A DNA stretch of 64,000 bases from a virus: positions 18,882 to 82,881 of the IMG/VR virus record IMGVR_UViG_3300032223_003493. One strand, written 5' to 3'. Both the position numbers and the translations under genes were made by a program. The notes below the pieces were generated by a model. It did no database searches, was not told the origin of the DNA, and saw only the letters and a program-made list of their open reading frames with translations. The first letter of the stretch is position 1; each line of letters opens with the position of its first letter. This document shows, piece after piece, positions 40,201 to 48,477 of this stretch.

Positions 40201-41644
40201 ATGGTCAATAGATGGAGTAAAGTCTGGATATACTTCAACATTTGTGAATCAGTTCAATGCAATAGGAATATTTACTGTAAGCTTAGTTGTATTTGACACA
40301 CTAAAATTAGCTTCTACTCCTGCTACTAATTTAGGAAAAAGATATACTGTAAATGTCAATGTATCTGCTGCACCTAATCCTCTTGCAAATAAATTATTCT
40401 CATCAGGTCAAGCACTTAATGGAGCGATAGCAAGTGGTAGTAATTCTCCAGACAGATATGGTTTTCAGTTAGTTGATGATACAAAACAATATACAATTAT
40501 TGAAGCTGGTTTAAATCATACTTTTGTAGTTGATGCAGCAGGGGTACTGTATGCAGCAGGGTCAAATAGTAATGGACAGCTTGGTTTCTCATCTAACATT
40601 ACTCAATTAAATTCCTTAACTGCTGTACCTTTAGCATCCAAATATAAAGTAGTAAAAGTTTCTGCTGGCGATCTTTGCTCAGCTATAATTGCAGATGATA
40701 CAACTTTGAATAAAAGAGTACTATTGGTATGTGGTTCTAATATAAATGGAATTTTTGGACAAGCCTTACCAAGAACAAATATTTATAATTTCCAGCCAAT
40801 TCTTGAAAGAGCAACAACAAATAATGGAGCAAGTTATCTTTCAAATAATAGTTTCTTAGATGTTTCTTGTAATTCTTATATCTTGGCATTCACTGACAAT
40901 AGACAAGTTTGGGTTGCTGGAAAACATAATTACATCAACAAAACTGGAATAAGCGACACTGGTTTTTTCCCAATCAACATAGATCCAAATCCTGATCTAT
41001 TATTAGGCAGCATAAATTATCTCAATCCGTTTAGATTAGAAGTTGGTTTTAATAATCAATTAGGTTTTGTAACTGGACTTTCGTATGATATTGATAACCA
41101 AATAGTGTGGTTTGCAGGTCTTTCTAGCTTGAGAGGTTGGGGATATGCATACGATATTTCAACTTATGAAAATAGTATTGTAGTAATTACAGCATCACAA
41201 GACCCTTTCTTTGATCACGCAATTTATCTTTACTTCTTCTCTTATAATGAAATACCTCAATTTAATGTTAGTGCTGGTTTGGCAGCTGACTTAAACCCAG
41301 GAGAAAATTTCTTGAAAGTATCTACAGGGAGATTTGGGTATTTAGCTTTGTCTGAAACTTTATTTTATCCTTACGGCATAAATGACTATGGACAGCTTGG
41401 ATATGCTCAGTCTATAACGAGTTCTATTGCTTTGAATAATCAATATAGTTTACCAGGTGGAGTAGTTTTGCCCAATAAAAGTGTTACAGGTATATCTGAT
41501 ATTGCTGCTGGTGGAAATCATTCGATAATTTTAGCATCTAATGTAAAGCCATCATCACAATCATTCACAATTACAAAACCTGGTGGATATGCTACAGATC
41601 CTCAGTTTCCTACTTCTTACCCAATTACACAAATAGCTGGGTAA
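31250..41644 (+). CDS. Giant virion protein (3464 aa) with 14 tandem PKD domains and a C-terminal RCC1-like beta-propeller
   Basis: Repeated NxPPxA...W[DN]FGDG...H.Y..PG.Y.V.LTVTD units at about 36450-40370; RCC1-like IEAGLNHT...GSNSNGQLG, VSAGD and IAAGGNHS. Confidence 0.85.
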   Translation: MATYRLNDPRNISFIGKFKFDYVVQLVNKGQKGSKVWDDANYITGAFVQFQRGEEFNAQCIIANVQPDQPTNAGSSFFTHPYGGNGGFGGIVDPTTFKREIKFQFFIKSGQSVPLRGYFVLETPSPPTDADLRDMDDFGIATKYVRNVSGTVEGYVYENSPHNEFVDIQEYYPSENYFQISPVCPDNENEYWRDKPLDEKTVRQFPRYTTLNWFEMPDPTRKGTAGIVIRQSSGKGASNYRRDIVTNSALFTSYEYTKKLNAWSTAASNSGYIVIASNLSDDSYSKSISISSANCTTDTFSISSNSDYINYREAKIDLKTDASRKVTFNSEIYDWKNNHSDEITAYLVGFGSTGLTEIFDQGVGKIIYPVPSYSVVKTKSGVISDSQVFRYFDGYISLIGPGGESNSATLFFDNRQKWLFGMIDASLSKETFDDLESPPCHFDYPDYYVRSAVGCRNLNEYNQILTIDDEKLQGLTGSYSLIPIPIKGWKFNAMTLKQDKDFTIEGSGNVRNFTGTNAEPHYYGDTNLSGYRYLNIELRSKNNDLQNGNITIYETSKGPTTNQDNTNINLKSWKISTDSNNFKSLRIDLCNPDNKIDYVDNQDSPYPRLNVYTTSKPLSTAPFGYLSVENKPTDIFIETKQQLNVSSKFWIDDKLKSKISNSGFVYITDDKTKNIDYFEVNTKAFPGAGVGTNLIFVKPRTYNGKIKLAKPWNSNNAILPEYRKTLFLYIVKNDLTSGKSIDDLLGKNKQNEYPDEFEIYDMDPGYPDITDKLSVLTSDFVDGQTRIFVNPIPLFEQPTVIPYDAIILEDSVSKNKITYKFENYENNKNDGITFIDIKRNSSFDNNVKFKLGSTSVKLTFFNGTDDQKRTVVVKFKSVEKQGNLYKATLEYAKYDANSPQITDGIPLESPDGKKLYFSENAPVITVNPPRLVEFTFPVDSILQTSLVTNTPSGPEVNAIDDYPEDEVSNGPYYGVSRITKIEIDNDQLELGKINLTRNNSLSNFVISGLNNTFESQTKFDASSTTTTEYYTRRFWQQNTDGRDEEEGDLSWQHTKSENVDYWSAYPKTISSLCDDINKVDEYVAPRWLNVANPSSSVIRHPGWKANKITKAFSVDPITGERIYGNNLDPDYLNSDTGYAAWVFGGGVIAIPSGKNSGSGTSYIKAIDINFNDLRTILAQTVFHRINADFPPGKNDLFGNTSIINTDGTKEESTLHLRGALITRGPGYGLILPPQVSTTDNLREANLIDTTERNTNYGKGQSDSKGYFETGSAYGKNSHNNYIELEKSKNFTTPSDYRSSTRKMSQAKRERAAFKGGKQNVATNLSACESGFEKSIVIAYTVPTTKAGDENQTAIITTDSFFTSQYEKYPVGYNTITGSGVTIKGEFPFVLGSETHINHAYRVNTFLLTERNSNTKATSSHNYDSLIAANTDMRNKLSWFPFVEGQAKIDANFSTLAKAFTNTKYNSYTVSDQSPQLFNVGYADPGAIVFRSIPLNLANIKAPVTDKTIFIDGVAPTYTSDFRLLEPITSSGAACSSFPTVAQISSREYIVAYSLNATPRKINFKIIANYQVQDKNILIDLDALTGNTLSDKYNIYGLTSNYDENLGLHRSIFWCNGGIYYFEYALSSSNIGTKRTDKLHLVKGKLDDDLVKELSNRQNIITYYDSASVLNAEVPKQKPALITCQKQEYNGSVFVAYDTGKCYIEAVLFHPYSQILGTRKFDIECVNTSGSTSTTASPIADIQANPTSGQSALLVNFLSSNSYDPGGSTLTYAWNFGDGTQSSEENPVHTFVNTTANPITLTVSLVVTNASGVSSDPATITITVNPAPINNLSPQAKFNATPTAGTVPLIVTFTDQSTPANDGSVIQTYDWDFGDGNTALKLDNVSFTHEYTNAGTYVPTLIIKDNLGRVSSKFYGTPIKVDGTINNPPSPNFTWAQTSYSPTLKIQFTDTSVDVEGPLVAWHWDFGDTQTADVQNPEHIYANPGTYSVVLTVTDSGGLQASGTKQVTVSPPGNNPPIANFNYLQQNRKLVIDFADTSIDTDGTIVSWSWSFGDQTTSITKNPSHTYALAGTYQVILTVTDNGGKTGSITKNVVVNPLVNQPPVISNITGTQTSFKPLIGTFSETSSDPDGFITQWDWNFGDSQVFSTTNSALKNPTHTYNFPGSYTVTLTVTDDGLPDGTSKKTATSSIPFVVAPPPPNIPPVALFTVDTNNAFAPLTVNFTDNSTDADGKIVSWLWEFETGSTLFFNAQTYQKTVSHTFTKSGTYPVKLTVTDDGNLTNFYILNIVVRNNPPVSILSASPNPVLSLLPVSFFGNNSYDIDGNITKYSWDFGDGTTILQGTTAETHTYTKPGTYKASLTVIDNLGDSSTASLFINVSNRNPVAKITYTTLTVKAPGSLTFNGDTSTDLDGTIVSYNWTVSNGLTASTPNATFNFSTQGTFAVSLTVTDDSGGTNSTSVIVTVTPPDNILPVAILNVNKNSGVINDSFIFNVSNSNDPDGSIILYQLDFGDGTSTQFVNPAPISHIYKTVGSFTAKLTVTDNRNGVSLETTNSVQNITINNQPPIANFSFSPIGAFTFDLITFTDNSSDPENALSKWVWDYGDGTNFTTNDPLQKSPIKSYNKGNKDYTVSLTVYDNFNLSSTTSQLVHINNRKPFAVISTSSTPINNVITGIAPFTVIFDSNSYDLDGTVTNYEWYLNGLVGTPFTTKSFTYTFNTASFTPYVVTLRVQDDDGVWSDLANIGVQVNAPNTPPIAVIKANPLSNTSQAPITVNFSGAGSYDPDNINGTLIYAWDFGNGSISNQVNASTTYNNPGTYKVSLTVTDNLGATNTATLDYIVLNSKPIAILDTVPSGITQAQINTAVLFTSAGSNDPDSGQFINGYKWLVDGVNQNSNTSTLSTSFSTIGNHIVTLSVFDNLGLESNPVSKTIFVISAPPPPPVNQNPIAILGNEPSITGYIELKVGDTFTFDGTTSYDPEDGSNITFEWSIDGVKSGYTSTFVNQFNAIGIFTVSLVVFDTLKLASTPATNLGKRYTVNVNVSAAPNPLANKLFSSGQALNGAIASGSNSPDRYGFQLVDDTKQYTIIEAGLNHTFVVDAAGVLYAAGSNSNGQLGFSSNITQLNSLTAVPLASKYKVVKVSAGDLCSAIIADDTTLNKRVLLVCGSNINGIFGQALPRTNIYNFQPILERATTNNGASYLSNNSFLDVSCNSYILAFTDNRQVWVAGKHNYINKTGISDTGFFPINIDPNPDLLLGSINYLNPFRLEVGFNNQLGFVTGLSYDIDNQIVWFAGLSSLRGWGYAYDISTYENSIVVITASQDPFFDHAIYLYFFSYNEIPQFNVSAGLAADLNPGENFLKVSTGRFGYLALSETLFYPYGINDYGQLGYAQSITSSIALNNQYSLPGGVVLPNKSVTGISDIAAGGNHSIILASNVKPSSQSFTITKPGGYATDPQFPTSYPITQIAG

Positions 41645-41679
41645 AGGTATAAACGTCTTTTATTTTTTATAATATTATT

Positions 41680-44580
41680 ATGAACCTTTCCCCAGATCCA
41701 AGACAATTAAAAACAAAAGTCACTTTGAGTATTTTGAATGCTCCAGAAAGTGGTTTCTTTTCTGGAGAATATACTTCATCTACAGCTACAAAATCACAAG
41801 ATAACTTAAATGTTTTAAATTCTGATTTTGAGCCTTATTACACTTATGAAAATGGTGTAACCGAACCTAAATACAGCCAAAGATTAAAAGTTGTATCTTC
41901 TTTACAAAATGCAAGAATTCCTGAACTCAACACTGTAATAAGTGCTTCATCTTGTACTTTTGCTTTTGGTGCAATTGTTCCAGGAGAAGTTGATCCAGTT
42001 TTGAATAGACTAAAAGGACCTACAATTGGTTATAATCCTAATTTTGTAGATAGTCCATTACAAGGAACTGTCAGCACATCAGATTTCAAATCATATCCTG
42101 AAGTGCCCAAAATTCCTTTCACCGATGTTGGAAATGTTTTAACAACTTATAATATTTGGCAAAAAAAGTCACTTGGTGTTTTTATCTCAGATGATGCATA
42201 CAAATATATTGGCCCTGCAATTAAAAATACTAACACTGGTACCTTGAGAACAGTCAAGGATCCAGTTTATGGAGCACAAGTAGAAGTTACATCTATTCAA
42301 GATATTACTCTTGTTGAAAGAATTTTTCCAACTTCTTTTGATGCTATATATCAAGAAGGTGCTCAAGTTCATAATCCAGATGGCACAAAACAAGATATAT
42401 TTGCTCGTGGTACAAATGGTGGAAATAGTTTTCATTTAAATCTTTCATTCTCAAATATGCAAGAAAACTCATCAGCTTTTAGTCTCGGATTAACTTCACC
42501 TCGAGATGATAATTATATAAATAGTTTTCTTTTAGATTTAGAAATTGACAAGAAGCCAATTTTAAAAATATATGATCCAGAACTAAAACAATATATTGTT
42601 CAAACTGATATTATAGCTCCCGTTTTAGATAGGAATAACATGGGTTCTTATGACATATTTGTTCATTTTGTTGGTCCAAATATGATGATTGGTTTTAGCC
42701 CCGATATAACAAGATGGAATACAATTATTAATTTAAGTGGTAGAGAAGTTTTCTTCTCGCCTAATACTCGTATAGCACTGTCAATCAAGAATTGTAATTT
42801 AAAATTTAGATATTCTGCGTTAATTTTTAATAATTTTAATTATTCTCAATTGCAAACATCTTTATCTGCTAAAAATTATATTACTGCAGAGATAAGGTAT
42901 TCAAAAGAAAAAATTAAGGATTTAGGAAATTTCTTATCAACAATTAACAAATCATTTGAAGATGCTTCATATAGATTAAATAATTCTCCTAAAAATACTG
43001 GCTTTAATGACACTGCAACTTCAACTAATACTAAAAATCCTATAGATAAAAATATATCATATTTTGCAGATTTACGACTCATTGGCAATCAATTTGAACC
43101 AATAACCCAAATTTTTTCACCAAAAAATAAAAGTGCTGATCCTGACAAAGTAACAGTTTACTTTAAGATGATTTACAACACTACCATCGAAGGCCCAGCA
43201 TTTATGCAAGTAGAAGTGCCTCATCCTGGAGTTTTAGCAGCTGGCGGAGCAGCAGATCTAGGATCAGGAGGAGCTGATGATTATCAATTTTCAAATCCTT
43301 TGCTAAATAGCTTGTTTTACGATGTTGGAGATATTACATCTTGGGTTGAGACTTGGAATATAAGTTGTCAAGCACAATTATCAAACCTTTCAAAAATAAC
43401 AAAATCTGCATCAATAACTTTAAAAAATATTGATTCATTAGAAGGTCAAAAATTCATTAATGCAATCGAAAACAATTTACTAGTTGTGTCCATTGATGCT
43501 GGATATGTTACAGGAAGTCTTCCAACTTTTTTCCAAGGGTTTATTACAAATACAAGTTATTTCAGAAAAGGAAACGATAGTACTTTTACATTAGATTGCA
43601 CAGATATAGCCTCGTTCGTTTTGGAAAATCTTTACTTTGATAAAAATATGATGTTAGCTGGAATGAGGCATGATCTAGCTATTGATTCTATTTTAGCTTG
43701 TTCTGGATTCTGGTCATATTATTCGAGAAATAATTCTGATTTTCAAAATGGTGGATCTATTTATGGTATTGACTTAAGATTAAACAGTAATTCAACAAAT
43801 AATCAGGATTTAATTAAATTGAATCCTCTAGATAAGATTTACGAAAAACTTGGAAGGCTGCTTGAAAGGTTAAACAATCCATATTCTCTACCTACTTTTA
43901 GATGGGCAGAAAGATATGGTTTGAAGCTTGAATGTAGAAATAATTATGTTGATACTGATTTGAAATTTACAGGATTGACCTCTAATGGAAATGCATATAG
44001 CTTCAATAGTAATTCTTCAAATGCAAACTACTTGACAAATTTTCAAACTGATCTTCATGGATTGTTGGTTGATGATTATAGAATTACAACAAATGTTTCT
44101 AATCTTTCATCAGGAGTTAGAGTCTTTGGTGTTGCTATGACTGGTTTTTTAGCTGATGAAAGGTATTCTCCAGATTCCGTTTCAGTGGCTAATCTCCCAT
44201 TGCAAAAACAAGTTGATCTTTTGAAATACTTGGCTAACGCACCTTTTGATTCTGCTCAAGCTCCTTATGTTGGATTCAAAAAATATTTAATGTGGTCAAT
44301 GCAAAGAAACGAAATTCCAGATCAAGAAGTTTTGAAAAGAATTACTGACAGCGTAGAATTAGTTTCAAAAACACCGATTAGTTCTATTTCATTTCAATGT
44401 TATGTTACAAAACCTTTAAGTTTTCATGGAAAGTTCATTATCAACGTATTTCAAGGCAGCGTTGTAAATGCTACTGATCAATATATTTATCAATCTATTG
44501 ATTACACATACAATAAAGCTAATAACTTGATAACAGCTTCTGTCAAAGGAACTAATATGCCAATTTCGTTAGGAGTATAA
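41680..44580 (+). CDS. Putative baseplate hub / tail-tip protein
   Basis: C-terminal half SASITLKN...VSIDAGY...FFQGFITN...FTLDCTD is typical of hub (Mu gp44/P2 gpD-like) proteins. Confidence 0.55.
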   Translation: MNLSPDPRQLKTKVTLSILNAPESGFFSGEYTSSTATKSQDNLNVLNSDFEPYYTYENGVTEPKYSQRLKVVSSLQNARIPELNTVISASSCTFAFGAIVPGEVDPVLNRLKGPTIGYNPNFVDSPLQGTVSTSDFKSYPEVPKIPFTDVGNVLTTYNIWQKKSLGVFISDDAYKYIGPAIKNTNTGTLRTVKDPVYGAQVEVTSIQDITLVERIFPTSFDAIYQEGAQVHNPDGTKQDIFARGTNGGNSFHLNLSFSNMQENSSAFSLGLTSPRDDNYINSFLLDLEIDKKPILKIYDPELKQYIVQTDIIAPVLDRNNMGSYDIFVHFVGPNMMIGFSPDITRWNTIINLSGREVFFSPNTRIALSIKNCNLKFRYSALIFNNFNYSQLQTSLSAKNYITAEIRYSKEKIKDLGNFLSTINKSFEDASYRLNNSPKNTGFNDTATSTNTKNPIDKNISYFADLRLIGNQFEPITQIFSPKNKSADPDKVTVYFKMIYNTTIEGPAFMQVEVPHPGVLAAGGAADLGSGGADDYQFSNPLLNSLFYDVGDITSWVETWNISCQAQLSNLSKITKSASITLKNIDSLEGQKFINAIENNLLVVSIDAGYVTGSLPTFFQGFITNTSYFRKGNDSTFTLDCTDIASFVLENLYFDKNMMLAGMRHDLAIDSILACSGFWSYYSRNNSDFQNGGSIYGIDLRLNSNSTNNQDLIKLNPLDKIYEKLGRLLERLNNPYSLPTFRWAERYGLKLECRNNYVDTDLKFTGLTSNGNAYSFNSNSSNANYLTNFQTDLHGLLVDDYRITTNVSNLSSGVRVFGVAMTGFLADERYSPDSVSVANLPLQKQVDLLKYLANAPFDSAQAPYVGFKKYLMWSMQRNEIPDQEVLKRITDSVELVSKTPISSISFQCYVTKPLSFHGKFIINVFQGSVVNATDQYIYQSIDYTYNKANNLITASVKGTNMPISLGV

Positions 44581-44581
44581 A

Positions 44582-44809
44582 ATGCCACTTTTCCAATCAC
44601 TTTCATTTGTAATTAATGATCAAATTAGACAAAACACTATTGATATGCAAAGTGGTTTGACCTTAAGATCAAATGTCACACAAACTTTACAAGTTATTAA
44701 TGTTAATAAAAATAATATAATACAAGAGCCAGATGTTTTGCGCTGGGGTTATGCAAACTGGGGTGTTGAAAAAGTAACATCAGAATATAAGCCACAAGAA
44801 ATTAAATAA
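44582..44809 (+). CDS. Small hypothetical tail protein (75 aa)
   Basis: GGAG ribosome-binding site, tightly coupled on both sides. Confidence 0.6.
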   Translation: MPLFQSLSFVINDQIRQNTIDMQSGLTLRSNVTQTLQVINVNKNNIIQEPDVLRWGYANWGVEKVTSEYKPQEIK

Positions 44810-47800
44810 TGGGAAATACACCAATTTATGGGTTTGGATACATCGAGCCAAACCAAGATCTTTCAGAAAACATTGATTTAGATGAGCTTCGTTTTAAAGC
44901 TATCGAAAATCAAATGTACAATCTTTATCAAATCTTCAAAAATGGAATTATTGAAGATGATCCATTAGTCCCATCATGGCGTATTCAAACTTACTCAAAC
45001 GAATTTAAATTAACAAAAATTACAATTACTTCTGGCAAGGGATTTGTTTCGTATAAAGCTGGAAAAACCACAGCTTCTAAAGATGTAACATTACCAACAA
45101 TTCCTACAACAGTTGGCTTATCAAAAGTTTATGTATATGCTTACGAAAATGCAAACACTGCTGTAACTGGAGATGTAGATTTTGTAGCATCACTAACTCA
45201 AATTAATGATACTATCAATTATATTTCCTTAGGTTATTTAGAATTAAATGTAGCCGCAAATACAATAACTTTATTCGAAACCATAAGACAAGATATAACT
45301 TTATTTTCAACCTTATCATATCTTATAAAAAATCATAAACATGTAGGTGGATCTGGAAACCCTTCACCGATTGACTTATCTTCAGAAGTAAAAAATCAGT
45401 TAACCAGTGAAAATATTTCTTATGTAGATGCTTCAAAAATAACATCTGGAATTTTAGACTCTGCTAGACTTCCAACAATTAGTCATAATAGTCTTGAGGG
45501 TAAAGGTAATCTTACTCACGATCAATTAGAAACAGCTTTGTTAGCAGTGGTCAATAATGATGCTAACGATAAGATGTCTGATCTGTCTATAGCAAACAGA
45601 CTGCAAATGTTGATTGCTTTGAAAAAAACTGGCGGAGTAGGGTTCACTTATATTGATTCCACACAAATTAATACTCTCACATATGTTCCAGGTATTTATC
45701 CTAACACATATGCAAATTCATCAACTGGTAATTCAGCTAACTTTGCGCAAAAAACTTCTGTCCCTAGTCAATATACTTTAGCTACAATTTATGACACAGC
45801 TCCACATACATCAGGATCAGGAATTAGTGGGAGTGTTACATCTAGTAATTTTGTTGGTGATAAAACTTTTGTAGTAAAAAATGATTTTTTGCAAGCCAAA
45901 ACAATAGCTTCATCATTAGGATCAACTGTAAATACTTTTTTCAGTAATATCAGTATTTCAGGATCAGCAACAACAGGTAGTTTTACAATTGATACTCCAT
46001 TGAACTACCTTACTTTATCTCAACCTGTTGCGAGTATATTTGATACATCTGGATCTTGGGATACGGGGCTTGTTTTCACCACTTCTTATTCATCTAATAA
46101 AGTTAAAGTTGACACAAGTTTATATGCATACACTCTTTTCAACCAACCAGTGTCTTTAGATTTTGATTCAAAAGTTGGGTTTGGATTCTCAGCAGGTCTT
46201 GGAGAAACAGGTGCTGCTTTAGGAAAAATTTATATGTTCTTGGTTGTTGGAAATGGTAGCACAGATCCAGGACTTTTATATGATCAAAAAGTAGATTTTG
46301 CTCCTAACACTGGTAGTGGTTCATCTTCAATTTATATATCTCCAGTTACAAATGTTAAGATTTTTGATGACACCACTTATGGATATATTGGATCTACAGC
46401 AACATATTCATCTGTAAGCTTATCTTCTTTTGGAGACAAGAGTTTGAAATCTTCTGTACTTGGCTTTGGATTTTATTTTTCAACAGATCAAGGCTGGAAT
46501 GCAGAAAAACAAATCAAATTCGAATTACTTACACCAACAGATTCTCAAATAAATCCATCTGGAAATAATGATAATTTAGTTCTTGCTAGAAGAAATTCTA
46601 CAGATCAAACTTCTTCAGTTTTTACTTGGAACGATTTATACACTTATAAAAGTGGAAACTTCTTATTAAGATTTGATTCTGGTGATGTCAACACTCAATA
46701 TAATCAAATTCAATATGATATCAATGTTCCAACTGGCACTAAATATACAATTCAAAGTCGATCTGATATAAACTCTGATTTGTTTTATAATTTCAAAACA
46801 GTTTCAGAAAGCAGTGTTATTATTGCAACACCAAACACTAGTTCAAGTACAGGAAGATATTTTGACGTACTATTTTCATTGTATTCAAATGAGTACCAAA
46901 GTTTAGCTCCAACATTGAACAACTTGAGAATTAATTATTCAGCTGTTGGTAGTGCTACAACTAGAACATATGATAGAAATTTATCTGACACGACCATTAA
47001 AAAGTTTGGTTGGATTAGTGATGCATATTATAACAAAAATGCCGGATATGGAAATACCAATCCAGATGGCACTAACTATTTAAAAATTTATGATACTTCT
47101 CAAATTGGAAATTGGATTTATTTGAGAAATAACAGTTTAATTTCAGCTACAAGCAATGTAATTGAAACTACTGTAGAAGATGGAGTTGATGCTGGGTCCT
47201 TGAAAAATTATCTCACTCCTAATCAAATATTCTTAAAATCTACAAATTATGGATTAGATACACCAACTGATTATCAAGCATTATCTTCGGGTGGCAATAT
47301 AATTTGTGATACTAATAATGACAGAATTATTATTACTGATATTAATGGTAATTTTACAAAACTCATTCAGGGAAATATTAGACTAAAGCTTACTTCAAGA
47401 GATTTTGTAGCACTTTCTGCATCATTCAACCCAGATACAAGAAAAATCTATATTGCTTTTTCACAAAACATATCATTTGTTGACTTGACAAAGATTTATA
47501 TCACTTATGACAATATTACAGTTAGAGGTGATGACACTAGACTTACAGGTGCTTATTTTGATACAATTTTTAATACATCTGCAACTTATGAGTTTACAAT
47601 TAAAGATACAGTTGAAGGGTTAGCACTTAATACAGCAATAAAAAATTCATTAACTAAAAAAGTAAGACTTGACGTAGGGTGTTTTACAAATGCTGGAAAT
47701 TCAATCAACACTAATTTCCCTCTTTCAGCAAGTTTTCCAGTGTCTGCCGTATCTAATATTAATAGAACACAACAATTTGTTGCTGGAATAAGTACTTCAA

Positions 47801-48474
47801 TCACTGGTACTTCATCCGTTACAACAGGATTGCCAACAACTACAACTGTTGTCAATTCAGTAACTGATTATAATGGAGACGGTGTCGTTTCAACTACAGC
47901 TATGTATGGTCCAAATTCACAAACAGATAACATTATATTAGATTTGTGGCAAGGACCAATATATTATGCAAATATTTACAATCCAGTTTCAGTTCAATAT
48001 GAAGAAACTAATTCACTCGTTGTTATTGCTCAACCACATTCAAAGTCCGTTCTTTGTTATAAAGATGACACAGACTTAACACTCCAATGGGCGATAACTT
48101 CAGATATTGTTAAATATTATGATAATAAATTAGGGTCTGCTTATCTTTTGCCTAATGGTAATGTCCTTTTGGCAAGTCCAGCTTTAGATACAACTGATAC
48201 TGGAAAATTACAAGTATATAATTTGTCTAATGGATATATTGAAACAAAGATGACTTTTAATAATGATGTTGTAAAAGCTCTTCCAGGACCAGCAACAGAT
48301 TATTCAAATTTCTATGTCTTAACTGACGATGTTATTAATTATGGTGCTAATTCTAGATTACATCTTGTAAATAATTCTGGATCAATTATTTCTACTTTTG
48401 GCGACAACAATGAACTATTCCATCCAAAAGGACTACGTATCATTTCAAATGACAATATATTAATTTCGGAATAA
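44809..48474 (+). CDS. Tail/baseplate fibre-like protein (1221 aa) with C-terminal propeller-like repeats
   Basis: TPIYGFGY N-terminus, HKHVGG, DASKITSGILDSARLP fibre motif, HNSL..KGNLTHDQL, NHL-like ICDTNNDRII and LFHPKG. Confidence 0.6.
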   Translation: MGNTPIYGFGYIEPNQDLSENIDLDELRFKAIENQMYNLYQIFKNGIIEDDPLVPSWRIQTYSNEFKLTKITITSGKGFVSYKAGKTTASKDVTLPTIPTTVGLSKVYVYAYENANTAVTGDVDFVASLTQINDTINYISLGYLELNVAANTITLFETIRQDITLFSTLSYLIKNHKHVGGSGNPSPIDLSSEVKNQLTSENISYVDASKITSGILDSARLPTISHNSLEGKGNLTHDQLETALLAVVNNDANDKMSDLSIANRLQMLIALKKTGGVGFTYIDSTQINTLTYVPGIYPNTYANSSTGNSANFAQKTSVPSQYTLATIYDTAPHTSGSGISGSVTSSNFVGDKTFVVKNDFLQAKTIASSLGSTVNTFFSNISISGSATTGSFTIDTPLNYLTLSQPVASIFDTSGSWDTGLVFTTSYSSNKVKVDTSLYAYTLFNQPVSLDFDSKVGFGFSAGLGETGAALGKIYMFLVVGNGSTDPGLLYDQKVDFAPNTGSGSSSIYISPVTNVKIFDDTTYGYIGSTATYSSVSLSSFGDKSLKSSVLGFGFYFSTDQGWNAEKQIKFELLTPTDSQINPSGNNDNLVLARRNSTDQTSSVFTWNDLYTYKSGNFLLRFDSGDVNTQYNQIQYDINVPTGTKYTIQSRSDINSDLFYNFKTVSESSVIIATPNTSSSTGRYFDVLFSLYSNEYQSLAPTLNNLRINYSAVGSATTRTYDRNLSDTTIKKFGWISDAYYNKNAGYGNTNPDGTNYLKIYDTSQIGNWIYLRNNSLISATSNVIETTVEDGVDAGSLKNYLTPNQIFLKSTNYGLDTPTDYQALSSGGNIICDTNNDRIIITDINGNFTKLIQGNIRLKLTSRDFVALSASFNPDTRKIYIAFSQNISFVDLTKIYITYDNITVRGDDTRLTGAYFDTIFNTSATYEFTIKDTVEGLALNTAIKNSLTKKVRLDVGCFTNAGNSINTNFPLSASFPVSAVSNINRTQQFVAGISTSITGTSSVTTGLPTTTTVVNSVTDYNGDGVVSTTAMYGPNSQTDNIILDLWQGPIYYANIYNPVSVQYEETNSLVVIAQPHSKSVLCYKDDTDLTLQWAITSDIVKYYDNKLGSAYLLPNGNVLLASPALDTTDTGKLQVYNLSNGYIETKMTFNNDVVKALPGPATDYSNFYVLTDDVINYGANSRLHLVNNSGSIISTFGDNNELFHPKGLRIISNDNILISE

Positions 48475-48477
48475 ATT

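Noticed and set aside
5851-44580. Bacterial extracellular contractile injection system or tailocin instead of a phage
   Set aside because: No sheath or AAA ATPase recognised, while a gp36-like head-tail connector and a neck-like gene imply a head. It cannot be fully excluded without flanking sequence.
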